DNA of 63,161 nt, counting the filler, from Hyphochytrium catenoides (Eukaryota; Protista; Hyphochytriomycota), in the NCBI GenBank assembly GCA_900088475.1. It is 9 parts of 9 records of this genome, joined end to end, with 100 filler letters (N's around TTAATTAATTAA, not from the genome) between each part and the next. Parts side by side here need not be neighbours in the genome. Positions count along the whole stretch, not along the records: positions 58,773 to 61,863 come from FLMG01002485.1; positions 61,964 to 63,161 come from FLMG01004146.1; 7 more parts are not named here. The stretch is one strand, 5' to 3'. The position numbers were made by a program, and so were the translations under genes. Shown here in pieces: positions 60,528 to 63,161 of the stretch. Position 1 is the stretch's first letter, and each line of letters opens with the position of its first letter. The notes below the pieces were generated by a model. The model worked only from the letters and a program-made list of their open reading frames with translations, searched no databases and had not been told where the DNA came from.

Positions 60528-61294
60528 GCCTGGTGTAACGGACAAAGCTCCTTCAAGAAATATCCTAAGCCTGGGAGACGCCAATACTTGTAACAAGGCA
60601 AGGCGCTCTGAAGGGCAGGCTTAGGATAGTGGATAGAGCGTCTCTCATTGCACTTATGGGTGGCAGGTGCAATGCCCTTCTTATCGTTTTGGTCCGCCCA
60701 GGTCCTTAAATGCGATATGGAAGTAGTGACCCCATTTACGCACGGGTTTGAGGAGACTTTAACAAGGTGGTGACGTCGTGGCTGACAGAATAGCCTTCTT
60801 TCTTGGCTTGCAAGTTCGGGCATTGTTCCAAGAATTAATCTCCCTGTTGAGCTATAATAAAGGAGGAAGCGCTTCGTGGAGGTGCTGTCTCATTTTTTTC
60901 CCCACGTGGGCAGGCTGGCTTGATGTGACACCTTGGCTTGCGCTACTCAATCTTACCCCTAACAGACTGTTGCTGGACCTTAGTAGCCGCTCTCATAGTG
61001 GTGGAAGACGAATAGGTACCTTGTCGCTGAACTCAAAATCACAACCTACAATAATTGATGAACAGGAGTGAATACTGCTGTGGCGGCCGGCAAAGAACGA
61101 ACCTGTAGACGAGGGCGAGAGCTTGCTGTTGTAACGTCTTCTCTCGTTGCAGCTCTCTAAATTACCTTCACTACTTACGTGCGTGGCCGTAGTGTCTTAT
61201 AAGTGCCAATTGCTGAGGAACTCTTCTAGGTGAAATCGTCGGAGAACCGTTACGTTCCCTAAAGTAGCTGCCCTGCGTCTCATTCCTGCACTAC

Positions 61295-61863
61295 ATGTGG
61301 TTTTCGTTGGATGTTACAACCCGGCGGCTGCGGGTGCTAGCTGTGCTCTACTCTCTAAATGGGCCTGTGTACCTCTATCAAACAGCATACGACCTCTTTA
61401 ACCGTTCAATATTTAGCGGGGTCTGTTCTCTCTTTGACTGCCACGCAGCAGAGGCCACCCCTACTAAGAGGATCTTCGGGTTGGACGCGAACTCACTCTA
61501 CCCATTCGCCATGTCCCGGCCTCTATTGATCCTAGATAGTGGTGAGAACAGTGCGTGCAATTTTGAGATCATAGATGACCCTGATGAGTGCCATACTTCT
61601 CAAAATCGGCTCACTACAGTCAGTAAGCAGCCAAAGACCAAAGAGCTAATCCAAGCTATGCTGTATGGCGGCAGCGAGAACATCGTCGACGACCTTAACA
61701 CCTACGAAGATGGCATTCTTCGTTGTCTCGTTGAGTGTGATGTCTACTACACTGATGAGCAAAAGGAGCGCCTTAAACACCTACCAGTTCTACCAACAAG
61801 AGAAGTACCTCCAGATAGCTCTGGTGCTTTTGGGAATAGAGTCAAGAAAGCTGCAAATAAAGG
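61295..61863 (+). mobile_element. Protein-primed family B DNA polymerase fragment (Polinton/Maverick/adintovirus type), truncated by contig end
   Basis: YDLFNRSIFSGVCS (YxxxRxxxxGG-like); motif A IFGLDANSLYPFAMSRPL (D at 61484); LVECDVYY..HLPVLP (EVDLEYP..PLAP-like). Confidence 0.85.
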
Positions 61864-61963
61864 NNNNNNNNNNNNNNNNNNNNNNNNNNNNNNNNNNNNN
61901 NNNNNNNTTAATTAATTAANNNNNNNNNNNNNNNNNNNNNNNNNNNNNNNNNNNNNNNNNNNN

Positions 61964-61997
<34 letters not shown>

Positions 61998-62342
61998 AAG
62001 AAGATTGAGAAATGAGCGTCATGCATAAAAGCGTCACGAGGCATACCGCTGGGAAAGAAGAGATTGACACCAACAGGGGTCGGTTAACAAAGGAGAGAGA
62101 AAGGAGAGGGGAGAAAAATGAGGAGAAGTGAAAAGGTAGAAGAAGGGGAGAGAAGAGAAAGAGCATCAAACCGGGAGGTGGTTCTAGAAGGGAGAGAGAG
62201 AAGCCAGCAATGAAGTGAGAGAGCACGGTAGATAGGGCAGAGAGAGAGAACGAAGCTTGAAGATCAAGAGAGAGCATAACACTTGGGCTAGAATACAAGG
62301 TGATGCTCTTCTCTTCCTTTCCACTCTGACTTTCTCTTACAG

Positions 62343-62851
62343 ATTGTGATTGAAGAGAAGCTGCTAGATCTCAAGCTGCTGGAGCTGAATGAAGGAACAT
62401 TTTCAGTGACGGTAGGGACCGACAAGGGAGAAAGCTGGAGGAGACAGGGAGAGGGCAAGAACGAGGTGGACGAGGGGAGAAGAAAGAGGGAGAGAGAGAA
62501 GACAGGGAGAGGGAAGAGAGAAAGACAGAGACAGAGAGAGAGAATATGAGAGAGAGAACATAAGAGAGAGAGAGTGAGAGAACACATGGGAGAGAGAGAG
62601 AGAGAACAAATGAGAGAGCGAGAGACATGGGAAAGAGAAATAAGAGACGCTGCTTACCCTCTTCGTCTCATCAACATTGATTTTCGACTCTCCCCCTCTC
62701 CTTGTCTCTCTCTTTCTCTGCCATAACACCTCTGTCAAACATGCAGCTAACATTTACCAGGCGGTCTTTGGTCATCCGATCCAAGAAAGCTCAAAGGATC
62801 TACTGCACGCTGCTCAATGCCAAACACTCAGCCAGAGGAAGAAAGGCCAGT
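62343..62851 (+). CDS. Internal exons of an unidentified gene within (GA)n-expanded introns
   Basis: cag|IVIEEKLLDLKLLELNEGTFSVT|gtag and cag|AVFGHPIQESSKDLLHAAQCQ...; no motif recognised. Confidence 0.35.
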
Positions 62852-63161
62852 GTAACCAGCTAACGAGAAGGGAAGAAAGACTGACACAGAGAGAGAAGGA
62901 TAAGACTCAAAGACAATGAGAGAGAGAAAGAGAGAGAGACTGAAAAGAGAGAGACCGATAGGACAGAGAGCTTTGAAACAATGGCTTAGCACTGCCCTGG
63001 CATTAGGCAGGCGTTTATTTATTCCACTCTCTTCACTGGAAGAGAAGCATCAGCACATAGACCGCACAAGGGACAGACAAGTCCTAACTCCTGACATAAA
63101 AAAAGACGGCCCTAGCTTTTATTGCCTATTTCTCTCACTCACTATTTCTCTCTCCCCCCCC

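Overview
Eukaryotic draft-assembly window, probably from a protist (organism not identifiable from sequence alone). It consists of nine unordered contigs joined by artificial 100-bp linkers (N44-TTAATTAATTAA-N44), so adjacency across linkers is not biological. Intron-rich housekeeping genes: SMYD SET/MYND methyltransferase, a class I SAM methyltransferase, APC4, RNA Pol III RPC5, PPIP5K/VIP1 and DDX49/DBP8. Intronless accessory genes: a YhfW-like FAD oxidoreductase-Rieske fusion, an inverted pair of secreted lipocalin genes (the complete one has two domains), a RING-TRAF-coiled-coil E3 ligase, and a 1718-aa plant-type LRR receptor fused to a Cys-rich/multi-pass membrane domain. Repeats and mobile DNA: decayed CRE-like non-LTR retrotransposon fragments, a Polinton/adintovirus-type protein-primed DNA polymerase B on a virus-like contig, a dispersed ~190-bp repeat family, several diverged inverted duplications and long (GA)n tracts. 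Highlights are a PPIP5K whose last exon appears to add a tail anchor switchable by intron retention, the linked intronless LRR-receptor/TRAF-E3 pair, and the endogenous Polinton-like virus relic. All assignments come from manual motif reading and hand splicing; no database searches were run.
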